From contig CAYWTW010000001.1 in assembly GCA_964461325.1 (NCBI GenBank), positions 1 to 29,568 on the forward strand: DNA of 29,568 nt. The letters run 5' to 3'. The notes beneath the pieces are model-generated. The model searched no databases and had not been told where the DNA came from. It worked only from the letters and a program-made list of their open reading frames with translations. The translations under genes were made by a program, and so were the position numbers. Below, piece by piece: positions 18,001-27,092 of the stretch; within the stretch, counting starts at the first letter, position 1, and the number at the start of each line of letters is the position of its first letter. This DNA is from an uncultured Candidatus Saccharibacteria bacterium. GTDB lineage: Bacteria; Patescibacteriota; Minisyncoccia; Phycocordibacterales; JACOZG01.

Positions 18001-21000
18001 CTTGCCCCAACTATTTGGCGTCTGGTAGCGAAGATAATTCTGGCACTTATCAATTCGATGGCACAAGCGATGTTATATCTTTACCGGATAGCGTTAGCTT
18101 GCGACCAACTCGTGATTTGACGATCGCGACTTGGATTAATTTTGATTCTGTGAGCGGCCAACAGGCGATTATCAGTCGTTTGACGAGTAACGGTTTTGCC
18201 TGGAGTTTGGCCACGCACTGGCAAAATCCACGCGAATTTTATCTCGCCCTAGATAATGATGGCGCGTCTCCCGGTTATTTCGCGACCTCGGTGGGCGCCA
18301 ATTTGCAGGCGAACACCTGGTATCACCTGGCCGCGGTTTTTGATGGCAATTCAGTGGTGCTCTATAAGAACGGTCAACCTCTTTCCACGGCGACGACGGG
18401 AACCAGACCGGCGAGTTTGTATACCGGCACGGCGATTCCGCGAGTTGGGGCCTTTGCTTCATCTGGCTATTTGGCCGGCCGTTTGGACCGGACCAGGGTT
18501 TTTGCTTCCGCTTTAAACTCGTCTGAAGTTGGGGTTTTGGCGCAAACGTCCACGGGCTCGCTCGACGTAACGCCGCCGACCGTGTTGATTGTCAGTCCGG
18601 CCCCTAACGCTAGTCTATCTGGCGCGGTTAGCCTGTCGGCCGCGGCGGCTGATACGGGTTCGGGGATTGCCTCCGTTCGTTTCTTGGTTGATGGCGCAGT
18701 TATTGGTCAGGATTTGGTTACTTCGCCCTATGTGACGGTTTGGAATACGGCGACGGTGAATAACGGCGGGCATCAACTAACCGTCGAAGCTCGCGATGTG
18801 GCTGGCAATTTGGCGACGAGCGCGCCGGTCAACGTGATCGTTAATAATCTCCAAACCGTCGGCGCGATTACGCCGAGCTTGGTGGCCTCGAGGATTTCCG
18901 GCGCGGCTCCGCTGTCGGTGTTTTTCGACGCCACGGGAACGACGCATAGCAATCCAGTCATCCGGCCTTTCCACGACCTTGAATATCGTTGGAGTTTCGG
19001 TGATTCTACCAGCGGCGTCTGGAGCACCACTGGTCAAAGTCGCAACGAAGCAATTGGCGCTCTGGCCGCTCACGTGTTCGAAAAACCGGGGAATTACAGC
19101 GTGGTTTTAACGGTGACCGACAATCAGGGCGATACCAAAACTCGTTCCACGACGGTGAGCGTGAGTGCGCCAACGAGCGGCGCCTGCTATTCGACCAGTG
19201 GTAACTTTAGCGGCTGCCCGACCGGCTTACAGCAAGTTACGACCTCGCAGATCAGCGGCAATGGATTTTATCGCCGCGGCGAGACCTTTACCCGCACCGG
19301 TAATTTGAGCAATGTTACTTTCCTCGGAGCTTTTGGTACCGGTCCTCGGCCGCGCCTCGTCTTCAGCGGCGCGCCGCAGGCGATTGGGACCAAGGATAAG
19401 ACTCTGGTCATGGGGTTGGAAATTGTTGGCGGTGGCTACGTCATTAGCGGCGGCGGCCTCAATGCCGAGCATCTGTTCGTGGTGGATAATGTGTTCCGCG
19501 ACTTTACGACTTATGCCATTTACAAGGCGCCGTTTAGCCGTTCGCCGGAACGGGCGGCCGAGTATAACGCTTTCGTCGGCAATAGTTTTGATACTGCCTC
19601 GGCTAGTGAGCACGGCATTCGAACTTATATTGCCAAGTCTTACATTGGTCACAACCGGATTGAGGGCAACTATTATCGCGGCACGAACATTAAATTCGTT
19701 GGCCTTGGTTGTGTTGACGGCTCAAATGATTACAACATCATTGCCGATAATTATTTCAGTCATCGCGCGGCCCAAGGCGCCATGTTGTCGATTGGTTCGG
19801 GCGATGCCGGGCACGTCAACTGTTCTAAAGATTTGATTGTCGAACGAAATATTTTCGATAATCCGGTGGCCGGTTGGCCCAAGGCGGCGATGGGCGCGGG
19901 TACGACGTTCGAACGAGTCACCATCCGCAACAATGTCGGCCGCGAGATGTCTCACTTTATCAGCAATACGGGAGAAGCGGGCGGGACTTATCCGGATTGG
20001 AAGATTTATAACAATTTGTTTTACAACTCGAATCTTTTCCCGGAGGGATATTACTTCCTGCTCTCGAAGGGAGCGATGCCAAATCTCGAATTGCGCAACA
20101 ACATCGTCCACGCTTTCGGCGGTAGCACGCGCATCGGTGTTGAATTGCAAAAAGATACGCTCGCGAATATTACCGAAACTAATAACCTTTGGTACGGCGA
20201 TTTCCAAACCCTCTTTAATTTAAGCGGAACTAAATACTCTTTCGCTCAATGGCAGGCGGCGGGCCAGGGAGCGGGAAGTTCAGTCGCTAATCCTCAATTG
20301 GTTCAACCGGGATCCGGTAACTTTACTTTAAATTCCAACAGCCCCGCGATTGATCAAGGTTTTGCTGTTCACTCGGTCGTCGACGATCTTGACGGCAATT
20401 ATCGTCCCCATGACGGTAATAATTCCGGCACCAGCGAGTGGGATATCGGCCCTCACGAGTTTGGCTCGACAGGCGGCGGTAATCCCGATCCTGGCGTGAC
20501 GACTTATACCATCACTATCAATTCGGGGGTTAACGGCACAGTCACTCCCGGGACGGTTACTCTAAACGCTGGCAGTAATCAAACCTTCACGATTGTTCCC
20601 AACAGCGGTTATCAGATTACTAACGTAATTATTGATGGCGCGCCGGTTGGACCCGTAACCCAATATCAGTTTTCCAACCTGCAGTCCAATCACCAACTTG
20701 ATGTTATCTGGAGTTCGATTGTGCCGATTGATAACGTTCCTCCCGTTATTTCCGGCGTCGGCGCGTCGGGAATCAGTCAAACTGGCGCGACAATCAGTTG
20801 GCAAACCGATGAACCGGCGACGAGACAGGTGGAATACGGTTTTACCACCGCTTATGGCCAGCAGACGGTTTTCGATAGCAGTCTTCGGACTAGCCACAGT
20901 GTTGTGTTGAGCGGATTAACGCCGGGCGTGACTTACCACTTTCGAGTTAGTTCTCGTGACGCGATTGGCAATTCGGCGCGGTCGATTAACTTTACTTTCA

Positions 21001-22292
21001 GCACCCAACCGAGCCCGGTACCCGATCAAACCTCTCCCGGCGCTGTCCAGAACCTAACTGCTGTTTTAGGCGGCGCGGGGATTACTTCGACCCTGCTTAG
21101 TTGGAATGCTCCGGCTCAAAATGGCGCCGATCAAAATTCCGGTCCCACGTCTGGTTATGATCTCCGGTATTCTCTAGCGCCACTTAGCGAGGCCAACTGG
21201 CCGAGCGCGCTGGCGGCGACCGGCGAGCCGCCGCCGAGCGCCCCCGGCTTATCCGATCGCTACACTCTGGTTGGTCTAACTCCCGACACGGTTTATTATG
21301 CGGCGCTTAAGTCGGTTGATGCCGCGGGCAATGTTTCGCCTCTGTCTAACGTGGTGTCTTTCAAAACTTTGCCGCTCGATCCGATTCCACCCAATCTCCC
21401 CGGCGGTGGAGGCAGCGGCTCGTCGGATTCTAATCCGTCGAACTTCGCTCTCGGTGCCCGAGCTTTGCCCGGTCCCAGCCAGGCGATTATCAGTTGGACT
21501 AAACCAACGGATTCTAACTACGTCCGTACGTTGATTGTGCGAAGCGACAAAGCCTTGACGACGAGCCAGCTTAGCACTCAAGTTCCCGAACAGATTTCCG
21601 GCGCGCGAGTGGTTTACGAGGGCGACGGCCAATCCTTTACGGACACCGGTTTAACGGCCGGTCGAACTTACTATTATGGCGTTTTCGCCTATAACAAGGC
21701 GCGCCGGATGAACGCCGGCCAAGGGTTGTCGGTCAAACCGCTAAAAGCGGGTGATGGCCAACACAATGACCTAACACCGATTGATAGTGCTGAAAATAAT
21801 TTGATAGCTGGTGCGGTCTCTTCTGTAAACAACTGCGTCACCACGCCAGTAAACATTGCCGCGCGCGCGGTGGTGGGGCCATTTGGGGTTGGTCTTACTT
21901 CGCCGCAAGTGAGGATTCTGCAGGAGATGCTCGCCACGGACCCTACGCTCTACCCGGAAAAGGTGGTAGATGGATACTACGGCCAAGCTGTGATTCGGGC
22001 GGTACAGCGTTTCCAGGACCGGCAAGGTTTAGTCCGGAGCGGTAGCCCCGAAACGACGGGTTATGGTTTGGCTGGGCCACGGACGCGGCAAGAGCTCAAT
22101 CGCGTTTTGGGTGTGGCGCGCGTGGCAGAAACCGTTGTTTGTCCGTCCGCATCGGGAAGTATCGACTCGAGTTTGGGCGCTAATCCTCTTTCCGTTAGTC
22201 CTTTTGATTGGTCGGGAATAATCGAGCGCTTGCGCCAAGCCCTGCGTCTTTTCCTGTCTCGTCTGTCCGCGCTGATTCTCTGGTGGAGTTAA
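15030..22292 (+). CDS. 2420-aa secreted/surface multidomain protein (DNRLRE/CBM96-like, InlB-B-type repeats, SBBP beta-propeller, LamG, Big, PKD, beta-helix, FN3, peptidoglycan-binding domain)
   Basis: N-terminal hydrophobic anchor; PEADAAVRSG...YLRFNLSG...LRFYV; repeated (W)STYLGG; LTATP.AGYQF.GWSG repeats; WYHLAAVFDG...LYKNG; SGAAPLSVFFDA...HVFEKPGNYSVVLTVTD; SPAIDQG...DLDGNYRP...DIGPHE; WQTDEPA..QVEYG; VRILQEML...DGYYGQAVIRAVQRFQ. Confidence 0.9.
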   Translation: METKSGALSVAGAFLAVILFVVAIWAGTFIPLEDLVSLQTGRQLAQVGNQDQTVVLTPEADAAVRSGSHQSANFGTGAELGIIQSGGDWNIQPYLRFNLSGISGNLVSARLRFYVSDGDDDASPKPVSLSVVNDDSWGETTLTWQNKPATGNTIASITFDAADDVYTSWFDVTSYLQSELADGRASFSLTHSNGGNYVGLASRDAGHPAELEVVYNSGTQTPATYVLNTSASPSSGGTVSLSPNQSNYQDGTTVALTAVPSTGYQFDNWSGDLSGVTNPATLTMSANRSVIANFSQIPGQTGGGTLGSNSGYDLAWSTYLGGSSEETARDVVTDAAGNVYITGGTGSANFSPLLNAAQTTFGGNHDVFVAKFNASGLPQWSTYLGGPNYDRAYAIELDGAGNVYVAGRAGRNFPVTVGALQGNFAGDSNPNSNYGDQDGFVAKFNNAGQRVWVTYLGGPDRSFIRDIDVDSSGNVYAVLTDVSQANPYAASGAYQSNVSGGANGFVAKLNSSGNQVLWGTYVGGASSGVGFGTPSIRVTGSGEVVAMGTSNYAGDPVSPGLRAHAGGLDMYVIKLSADGRTRRWSTYLGGNGDEFSETHALALDNADNVYAAFTTRSSNMPVTGGVFQPALGGIASTGNYNGDGFVAKLNGSSGALAQATYLGGSSGEGLEGVGVDSSGEVYVSGGTFSANFPVTNDAYQSSRRGESDWFVGKLSSDFSTLLYSTYLGGTSNCAGSGKVVCDYARGSYVTNSGDFYVVGHTNSSNFPTVGAYLAANPSGSNVNTAAVLKVSTGGVVTPPTSYTINASVSGGNGSISPSGSVNVSAGGSRTFTFSPAGGYVVTSVLIDGAAVNPTPSASYTFSNVTSNRSIVVTFASASPQTVSLTASASPANGGVVSRSPNLASYSLGTVVTLTATPAAGYQFAGWSGALSGSINPATVLLDQDRSVTANFSLVTTGDPLVLRLEYNDVSSDGQTTDASVYGNHGVCAGAACPNYLASGSEDNSGTYQFDGTSDVISLPDSVSLRPTRDLTIATWINFDSVSGQQAIISRLTSNGFAWSLATHWQNPREFYLALDNDGASPGYFATSVGANLQANTWYHLAAVFDGNSVVLYKNGQPLSTATTGTRPASLYTGTAIPRVGAFASSGYLAGRLDRTRVFASALNSSEVGVLAQTSTGSLDVTPPTVLIVSPAPNASLSGAVSLSAAAADTGSGIASVRFLVDGAVIGQDLVTSPYVTVWNTATVNNGGHQLTVEARDVAGNLATSAPVNVIVNNLQTVGAITPSLVASRISGAAPLSVFFDATGTTHSNPVIRPFHDLEYRWSFGDSTSGVWSTTGQSRNEAIGALAAHVFEKPGNYSVVLTVTDNQGDTKTRSTTVSVSAPTSGACYSTSGNFSGCPTGLQQVTTSQISGNGFYRRGETFTRTGNLSNVTFLGAFGTGPRPRLVFSGAPQAIGTKDKTLVMGLEIVGGGYVISGGGLNAEHLFVVDNVFRDFTTYAIYKAPFSRSPERAAEYNAFVGNSFDTASASEHGIRTYIAKSYIGHNRIEGNYYRGTNIKFVGLGCVDGSNDYNIIADNYFSHRAAQGAMLSIGSGDAGHVNCSKDLIVERNIFDNPVAGWPKAAMGAGTTFERVTIRNNVGREMSHFISNTGEAGGTYPDWKIYNNLFYNSNLFPEGYYFLLSKGAMPNLELRNNIVHAFGGSTRIGVELQKDTLANITETNNLWYGDFQTLFNLSGTKYSFAQWQAAGQGAGSSVANPQLVQPGSGNFTLNSNSPAIDQGFAVHSVVDDLDGNYRPHDGNNSGTSEWDIGPHEFGSTGGGNPDPGVTTYTITINSGVNGTVTPGTVTLNAGSNQTFTIVPNSGYQITNVIIDGAPVGPVTQYQFSNLQSNHQLDVIWSSIVPIDNVPPVISGVGASGISQTGATISWQTDEPATRQVEYGFTTAYGQQTVFDSSLRTSHSVVLSGLTPGVTYHFRVSSRDAIGNSARSINFTFSTQPSPVPDQTSPGAVQNLTAVLGGAGITSTLLSWNAPAQNGADQNSGPTSGYDLRYSLAPLSEANWPSALAATGEPPPSAPGLSDRYTLVGLTPDTVYYAALKSVDAAGNVSPLSNVVSFKTLPLDPIPPNLPGGGGSGSSDSNPSNFALGARALPGPSQAIISWTKPTDSNYVRTLIVRSDKALTTSQLSTQVPEQISGARVVYEGDGQSFTDTGLTAGRTYYYGVFAYNKARRMNAGQGLSVKPLKAGDGQHNDLTPIDSAENNLIAGAVSSVNNCVTTPVNIAARAVVGPFGVGLTSPQVRILQEMLATDPTLYPEKVVDGYYGQAVIRAVQRFQDRQGLVRSGSPETTGYGLAGPRTRQELNRVLGVARVAETVVCPSASGSIDSSLGANPLSVSPFDWSGIIERLRQALRLFLSRLSALILWWS

Positions 22293-22308
22293 GATAATTA
22301 ACGCCTGA

Positions 22309-22336
22309 TTGACAGCCGGCCGGCCGACTGTATAAT
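22309..22336 (+). promoter_or_regulatory. sigma70 consensus promoter for groESL
   Basis: TTGACA (22309-22314), a 16-bp spacer, then TATAAT (22331-22336). Confidence 0.75.
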
Positions 22337-22373
22337 TGCTGGCACTTTAACCGGTAATTTTTATTATTTTTAT

Positions 22374-22703
22374 ATGAAAAAGAAAACCAAGACAGAAAAA
22401 GCTTTTAAGCTTCGTCCATTGGGCGACCGCGTAGTCGTGGCCCCCGTTTCCGAATATGAGCGGGAGGGCCAATCAGCGAGCGGTTTGATCATCCCAGATA
22501 CGGTCAATAAGGAGAAATCAGAAGAAGGCCGAGTGGTGGCCGTGGGTGACGGCCGTCTTGGCGATGATGGCCAACGGATCCCAATGTCGGTAAACGTGGG
22601 CGACCGCGTGCTTTTTGCCAAGTATGGGCCCGATGAGGTTAAGGTGGACGGGCAAGAGTATTACATTATGAGCGAATCGCACATTTTGGCGATCATTGAT
22701 TAA
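22374..22703 (+). CDS. groES: co-chaperonin GroES
   Basis: [10 protein letters not shown]...GLIIPDT...GRVVAVGDG...[12 protein letters not shown]...ESHILAII. Confidence 0.98.
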   Translation: MKKKTKTEKAFKLRPLGDRVVVAPVSEYEREGQSASGLIIPDTVNKEKSEEGRVVAVGDGRLGDDGQRIPMSVNVGDRVLFAKYGPDEVKVDGQEYYIMSESHILAIID

Positions 22704-22720
22704 TTAAAAAACACGAGCTT

Positions 22721-24394
22721 ATGGCAAAACAAATTGTTTTTGGCGATCAAGCGCGGCTTCGTTTGAAAGCCGGAATTGATCGGGTGGCCGATGCCGTCCG
22801 TATCACCATCGGCCCCAAGGGAAGGAACGTCGTTTTTGATAAGGGGTATGGTGCGCCGACGATTACGAACGATGGCGTGTCCATCGCCAAGGAAATTACC
22901 TTGGCCGACAAGATTGAAAATATGGGGGCGGAAATTGTCAAAGATGTCGCTTCCAAAACCAACGATGCCGCCGGTGACGGCACGACCACGGCGGTGGTTT
23001 TGGCTCAGGCGATCAGCGAGGCCGGCTTCCGCAAGACGACGCTCGGCGTGAACGCCATGGGGGTACGCTTGGGGATTGAGGCCGCGACCAAGGCCGCGGT
23101 GGAGGTTTTGCGGGGGATGGCTAAACCGATTAAAGATAAGCATGAGATCAAGCAGGTGGCGACGATTTCGGCCGAATCTGAAGAGTTTGGGACGATTATC
23201 GCCGAGGCGATCGACAAGGTGGGCAAAGACGGCGTTGTGACCGTCGAAGAGTCTCAATCGTTTGGCGTGGAATCTGAATTGGTGGAAGGTATGCAGTTTG
23301 ATAAGGGTTACGTTTCGCCTTACATGATTACCGACGCCGACCGGATGGAGGCCGAGTATCATGATCCGCTGATTCTCATCACGGACAAAAAAATCAGCTC
23401 GATTAAAGACATTCTCCCCCTGCTTGAGAAACTGGCTCAAACCGGCAAGAAAGAGCTCGTCATCATTGCCGAAGATATTGACGGCGAGGCATTGGCGACG
23501 CTGGTGGTCAATAAATTGCGCGGCATCTTCCACACTTTGGCGGTGAAGGCTCCTGGTTTTGGTGATCGACGCAAAGAGATGCTTCGGGACATCGCGATTT
23601 TGACCGGCGCGCAGGTGGTGAGCGAGGAAGTGGGGATGAAATTGGAAAATGTGACGTTAAGTGATCTGGGCCAAGCCCGTCGCGTGATTGCCTCCAAAGA
23701 CACCACGACGATTGTGGGTGGTAAGGGCAAAAAAACCGACATCGAAGACCGCATCGGCCAGATTAAGAAAGAAATCGAAGTGTCTGATTCCAATTATGAT
23801 AAAGAGAAACTTCGCGAGCGCTTGGGCAAGCTCTCGGGCGGCGTCGCCGTCATTCGCGTGGGCGCGGCGACCGAGTCGGAAATGAAGTATAAAAAATTGA
23901 AGATTGAAGATGCCGTGGAAGCGACTAAGGCGGCGATCGAAGAGGGAATTGTGGCGGGTGGCGGAGCCGCGTTGATCCGCGTCGCGACGAAGTTGGCCGG
24001 CAAGAAATTGCCGCCGTCTTCGCCCGACATCGCGCACGAATTTTCCGTCGGAGTGGAAATTTTGTTGAAAGCGCTGGAGTCGCCCTTGCGCCAGATTGCC
24101 ATCAACGCCGGTAAAGAGGATGGTTCTGTTGTGGTAGAGGCCGTCAAGAAATCAACCGGCACGGCTGGTTACGACGCCAACGCCGACAAAATTATTGATG
24201 ACATGTTCGCGGCGGGTATCATCGACCCGGTCAAAGTAACGCGCACGGGATTAGAGCGAGCGGCTTCAGCCGCGGCGATTTTGCTTACCACGGAGGTGGC
24301 GATTAGTGATGAGCCGGAGGAGAAGAAAGAGGGTGGCGGGGCTCATCAGCACGGCGGACCGATGGGTGGCGGAATGGGAATGGGGGACTACTAA
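22721..24394 (+). CDS. groEL: chaperonin GroEL
   Basis: [54 protein letters not shown]-rich tail. Confidence 0.99.
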   Translation: MAKQIVFGDQARLRLKAGIDRVADAVRITIGPKGRNVVFDKGYGAPTITNDGVSIAKEITLADKIENMGAEIVKDVASKTNDAAGDGTTTAVVLAQAISEAGFRKTTLGVNAMGVRLGIEAATKAAVEVLRGMAKPIKDKHEIKQVATISAESEEFGTIIAEAIDKVGKDGVVTVEESQSFGVESELVEGMQFDKGYVSPYMITDADRMEAEYHDPLILITDKKISSIKDILPLLEKLAQTGKKELVIIAEDIDGEALATLVVNKLRGIFHTLAVKAPGFGDRRKEMLRDIAILTGAQVVSEEVGMKLENVTLSDLGQARRVIASKDTTTIVGGKGKKTDIEDRIGQIKKEIEVSDSNYDKEKLRERLGKLSGGVAVIRVGAATESEMKYKKLKIEDAVEATKAAIEEGIVAGGGAALIRVATKLAGKKLPPSSPDIAHEFSVGVEILLKALESPLRQIAINAGKEDGSVVVEAVKKSTGTAGYDANADKIIDDMFAAGIIDPVKVTRTGLERAASAAAILLTTEVAISDEPEEKKEGGGAHQHGGPMGGGMGMGDY

Positions 24395-24740
24395 AAAAGC
24401 CGGCGCCGATGGCGCCCAACAGATCAAAAACTAAGTCAAGGCCGGTATCCTCGAGATAGCCGGCCTTGCTCGTTAACGTCAAACCAAACCAGAGTTCATA
24501 GAGTTCCCAGGCAACCCCAACAGTGAGGATGATGAGCAATAAACGCGACCAACCAAGAGTTAGATTCAATTGTCGGCCAAGCCAGATGGCGACGAGACCA
24601 ACCCAGAGTCCGCCGAGTAAGTGCAAGACGATGTCGTACCACCAGAGGAGCCAGTAATAATGACGTTCCAAACCCAAAAAATGGAGTCCGGCGATCAACA
24701 GGATTAAGGCAAAAATTTGCCGGATTGTTGGTCTAAACAC
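24303..24740 (-). CDS. small multi-TM membrane protein (VanZ/DUF2238-like motifs)
   Basis: [12 protein letters not shown]...WELYE...[13 protein letters not shown]; GTG start at 24740 lies 6 nt after a minus-strand TATAAT (24752-24747). Confidence 0.7.
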   Translation of the reverse strand: MFRPTIRQIFALILLIAGLHFLGLERHYYWLLWWYDIVLHLLGGLWVGLVAIWLGRQLNLTLGWSRLLLIILTVGVAWELYELWFGLTLTSKAGYLEDTGLDLVFDLLGAIGAGFFSSPPFPFRHPSVRRADEPRHPLSSPPAHH

Positions 24741-24795
24741 CCGCCGATTATAGCTTATGGTATAATCTCGGCATACTAGACTAAACGTAAAATTT

Positions 24796-25557
24796 ATGGA
24801 CGAAAATTTGAACCAAAAATCGGATTTCTTCACCACTCCCCGTGGCCGCTACGTGGTCGCTGGCATTCTTGTCACCGCCGCGCTCGGGATAGCGGTGTGG
24901 GTATCGGTGGGAACAATAAAACCCATGACCCAAAGAGCTCCGGCATTATTTTATCAAGTTAAGCTGTCTCTTAATCAGGGGATTGTTGATCTGCCACCTT
25001 ATGCTTTTGATTTTAATTATGGCCAATCTAATCTGGGTGATCATTTGCTCGATGTTCTTGAAATTTCTCCTTCACCGGTTAAATCGACTTATCGAGACAA
25101 GATTGTTGTAATGGTTTACGATAAATTTAATAGCATTCCGCCGCGTTCTTCTTATCGTTTTCTCCCAACTAATCTTTTGGTGTTGTTTGAACCAAACGCA
25201 AATATAAATTTGGCTCCGGGTATCTATAAAAATAATCACCTTACGGCTGAGGTATATAAAGCTGACGAAAGCTTGTTGCCGTTCGTGCAAGATTCTAGTT
25301 ATTGCGAGAAGGATACGGATTGTTCTGTGGGGACAAATTTTTGTAATTACGGCTCATTCAACAAATATCACGTGTATGCCGAAGGCTGGGGTTGCGAGGG
25401 CGTGCATTATCCTCAAGAGGGGGATAACATCGAATTGCAATCATTGTGTGAGTATCCTAATTATCCCAGATTTGAATACTCCGATTCTCGTTGTTTAGAA
25501 AACAAATGTGTAGCACAAGGACGTACGATGACTTGTGACGGCACTTTGCCAATTTAA
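24796..25557 (+). CDS. hypothetical membrane-anchored protein with Cys-rich C-terminal domain
   Basis: One N-terminal TM helix and 8 Cys in the last ~85 aa; TATAAT at 24761-24766 upstream. Confidence 0.75.
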   Translation: MDENLNQKSDFFTTPRGRYVVAGILVTAALGIAVWVSVGTIKPMTQRAPALFYQVKLSLNQGIVDLPPYAFDFNYGQSNLGDHLLDVLEISPSPVKSTYRDKIVVMVYDKFNSIPPRSSYRFLPTNLLVLFEPNANINLAPGIYKNNHLTAEVYKADESLLPFVQDSSYCEKDTDCSVGTNFCNYGSFNKYHVYAEGWGCEGVHYPQEGDNIELQSLCEYPNYPRFEYSDSRCLENKCVAQGRTMTCDGTLPI

Positions 25558-25597
25558 TATTTGGTTATCCTCTCCACCTTTAAATTTATTAAATAAG

Positions 25598-25606
25598 TGT
25601 TAAAAT
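25598..25606 (+). promoter_or_regulatory. extended -10 element for lemA-htpX
   Basis: TGtTAAAAT, 9 nt before the ATG at 25616. Confidence 0.5.
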
Positions 25607-25615
25607 AGGGTCACC

Positions 25616-26179
25616 ATGTTAATCATATACATAATTTTAGCAATCGTAGCGGTGATCGCCTTGTGGTTGATCGCCGTCTATAACGGTTTCGTCAAGATTA
25701 AAAATCAAGCGGCCGAAGCCTGGGCCGATATCGATGTCCAGTTGAAGCGCCGTTACGATTTGATCCCGAATTTAGTAAATACGGTTAAGGGTTACGCCGC
25801 CCACGAGCAGGGAACTTTCGACAAGATTACCCAAGCGCGCACCATGGCGATGCAAGCCGGAACAGTGAGTGAAAAGGGCAATGCCGAGAATATGCTCACC
25901 GGGGCGCTTAAGTCGCTTTTTGCCGTAGCCGAGAGTTACCCCGACCTTAAAGCCAATCAAAATTTTTTGGAGCTCCAGCGCGAACTATCCGACACGGAGA
26001 ACAAGGTTCAGGCCGCGCGCCGCTTCTACAACGCTAATATCCGCGACTTTAAGATTAAACTTTCCGCCTTCCCATCCAATCTCGTCGGCAGTATGTTTGG
26101 TTTTAGCGCGCCGGAATTTTTCGAATTAGCGGAAAACCAAAAAGCGGCCGCGGCCGAGCCTGTTAAGGTGCAGTTTTAA
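25616..26179 (+). CDS. lemA: LemA family protein
   Basis: WADIDVQLKRRYDLIPNLVNTVKGYAAHE...YPDLKANQNFLELQ...ARRFYN. Confidence 0.96.
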   Translation: MLIIYIILAIVAVIALWLIAVYNGFVKIKNQAAEAWADIDVQLKRRYDLIPNLVNTVKGYAAHEQGTFDKITQARTMAMQAGTVSEKGNAENMLTGALKSLFAVAESYPDLKANQNFLELQRELSDTENKVQAARRFYNANIRDFKIKLSAFPSNLVGSMFGFSAPEFFELAENQKAAAAEPVKVQF

Positions 26180-26188
26180 TCTCTTTCG

Positions 26189-27082
26189 GTGGCTGCCAAC
26201 TTCTATACTCACCGGAACGCCAACACCCGCAAAACGTGGTTGTTGATGACCATTTTTTTGGTGGTTGTGGTGTTGCTTGGGTGGCTCTTTAGCCAGGTTT
26301 GGAACAATCCGGCCATTCTCTACGGCGCTGTCGTTGTTGCCATTTTCACCAATTTTTTCAGCTACTGGTATTCGGATAAATTGGTGGTGGCGATGACGGG
26401 CGCGCGGCCGGCCAGCCGCGAAGAGTTTTTTGACCTCTACACGATTGTGGAGAATCTCTCCATTACCGCTGGTTTGCCAAGGCCTAAGGTCTACGTTGTG
26501 TCTGACCCGGCGCCCAATGCCTTCGCGACTGGCCGCGACGAGCGTCACGCCGTGGTGGCCGTGACGACGGGTCTCCTCCAAATTTTGAATCGAGTGGAAC
26601 TGGAGGGCGTCATCGCCCACGAGCTCTCGCATATCGGCAACCGCGACATGCTCGTTTCGACGGTGGCCGTCGTGCTTGTGGGTTTTGTGGCCATCGTGTC
26701 GGATCTCTTTCTCCGGTCGCAGATGTTTGGTTGGCGCGGACGCGACAACAATAGTCGTGCCGGCGGCGTGCTAGCCATTATCGCGCTCGCGGCCGCTCTC
26801 TTGGCGCCTCTCGCGGCCTCGCTTATCCGCCTGGCCATCTCGCGCCGGCGCGAGTACTTGGCCGACGCTTCGGGGGCCTTGCTCACGCGTTATCCGGAAG
26901 GATTGGCGAGCGCGTTGCGCAAAATCAGCCAGTCAAGCCAGCCCCTGCGTCGCGCCTCCAACGCCACGGCGCATCTTTTTATCGCCAATCCGTTTGGCGG
27001 TCGTCGGAGCACATTGGTCAACCTTTTTATGACTCATCCGCCGGTGGAAAAGCGTATCGCCGCCCTGCTCGGTTCGCGCTAG
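26189..27082 (+). CDS. htpX: M48 family zinc metalloprotease HtpX
   Basis: PNAFATGR, HELSH zinc motif, SRRREYLAD, THPPVEKRI; GTG start. Confidence 0.95.
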   Translation: MAANFYTHRNANTRKTWLLMTIFLVVVVLLGWLFSQVWNNPAILYGAVVVAIFTNFFSYWYSDKLVVAMTGARPASREEFFDLYTIVENLSITAGLPRPKVYVVSDPAPNAFATGRDERHAVVAVTTGLLQILNRVELEGVIAHELSHIGNRDMLVSTVAVVLVGFVAIVSDLFLRSQMFGWRGRDNNSRAGGVLAIIALAAALLAPLAASLIRLAISRRREYLADASGALLTRYPEGLASALRKISQSSQPLRRASNATAHLFIANPFGGRRSTLVNLFMTHPPVEKRIAALLGSR

Positions 27083-27092
27083 AATATTACTA

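Noticed and set aside
22338-22365. CIRCE (HrcA operator) upstream of groES
   Set aside because: Only a degenerate left half (TGGCACTT) is present; the GAGTGCTAA right half is missing.
22700-23533. 277-aa antisense ORF opposite groEL
   Set aside because: Long antisense frames opposite chaperone genes are a known codon-bias artefact.
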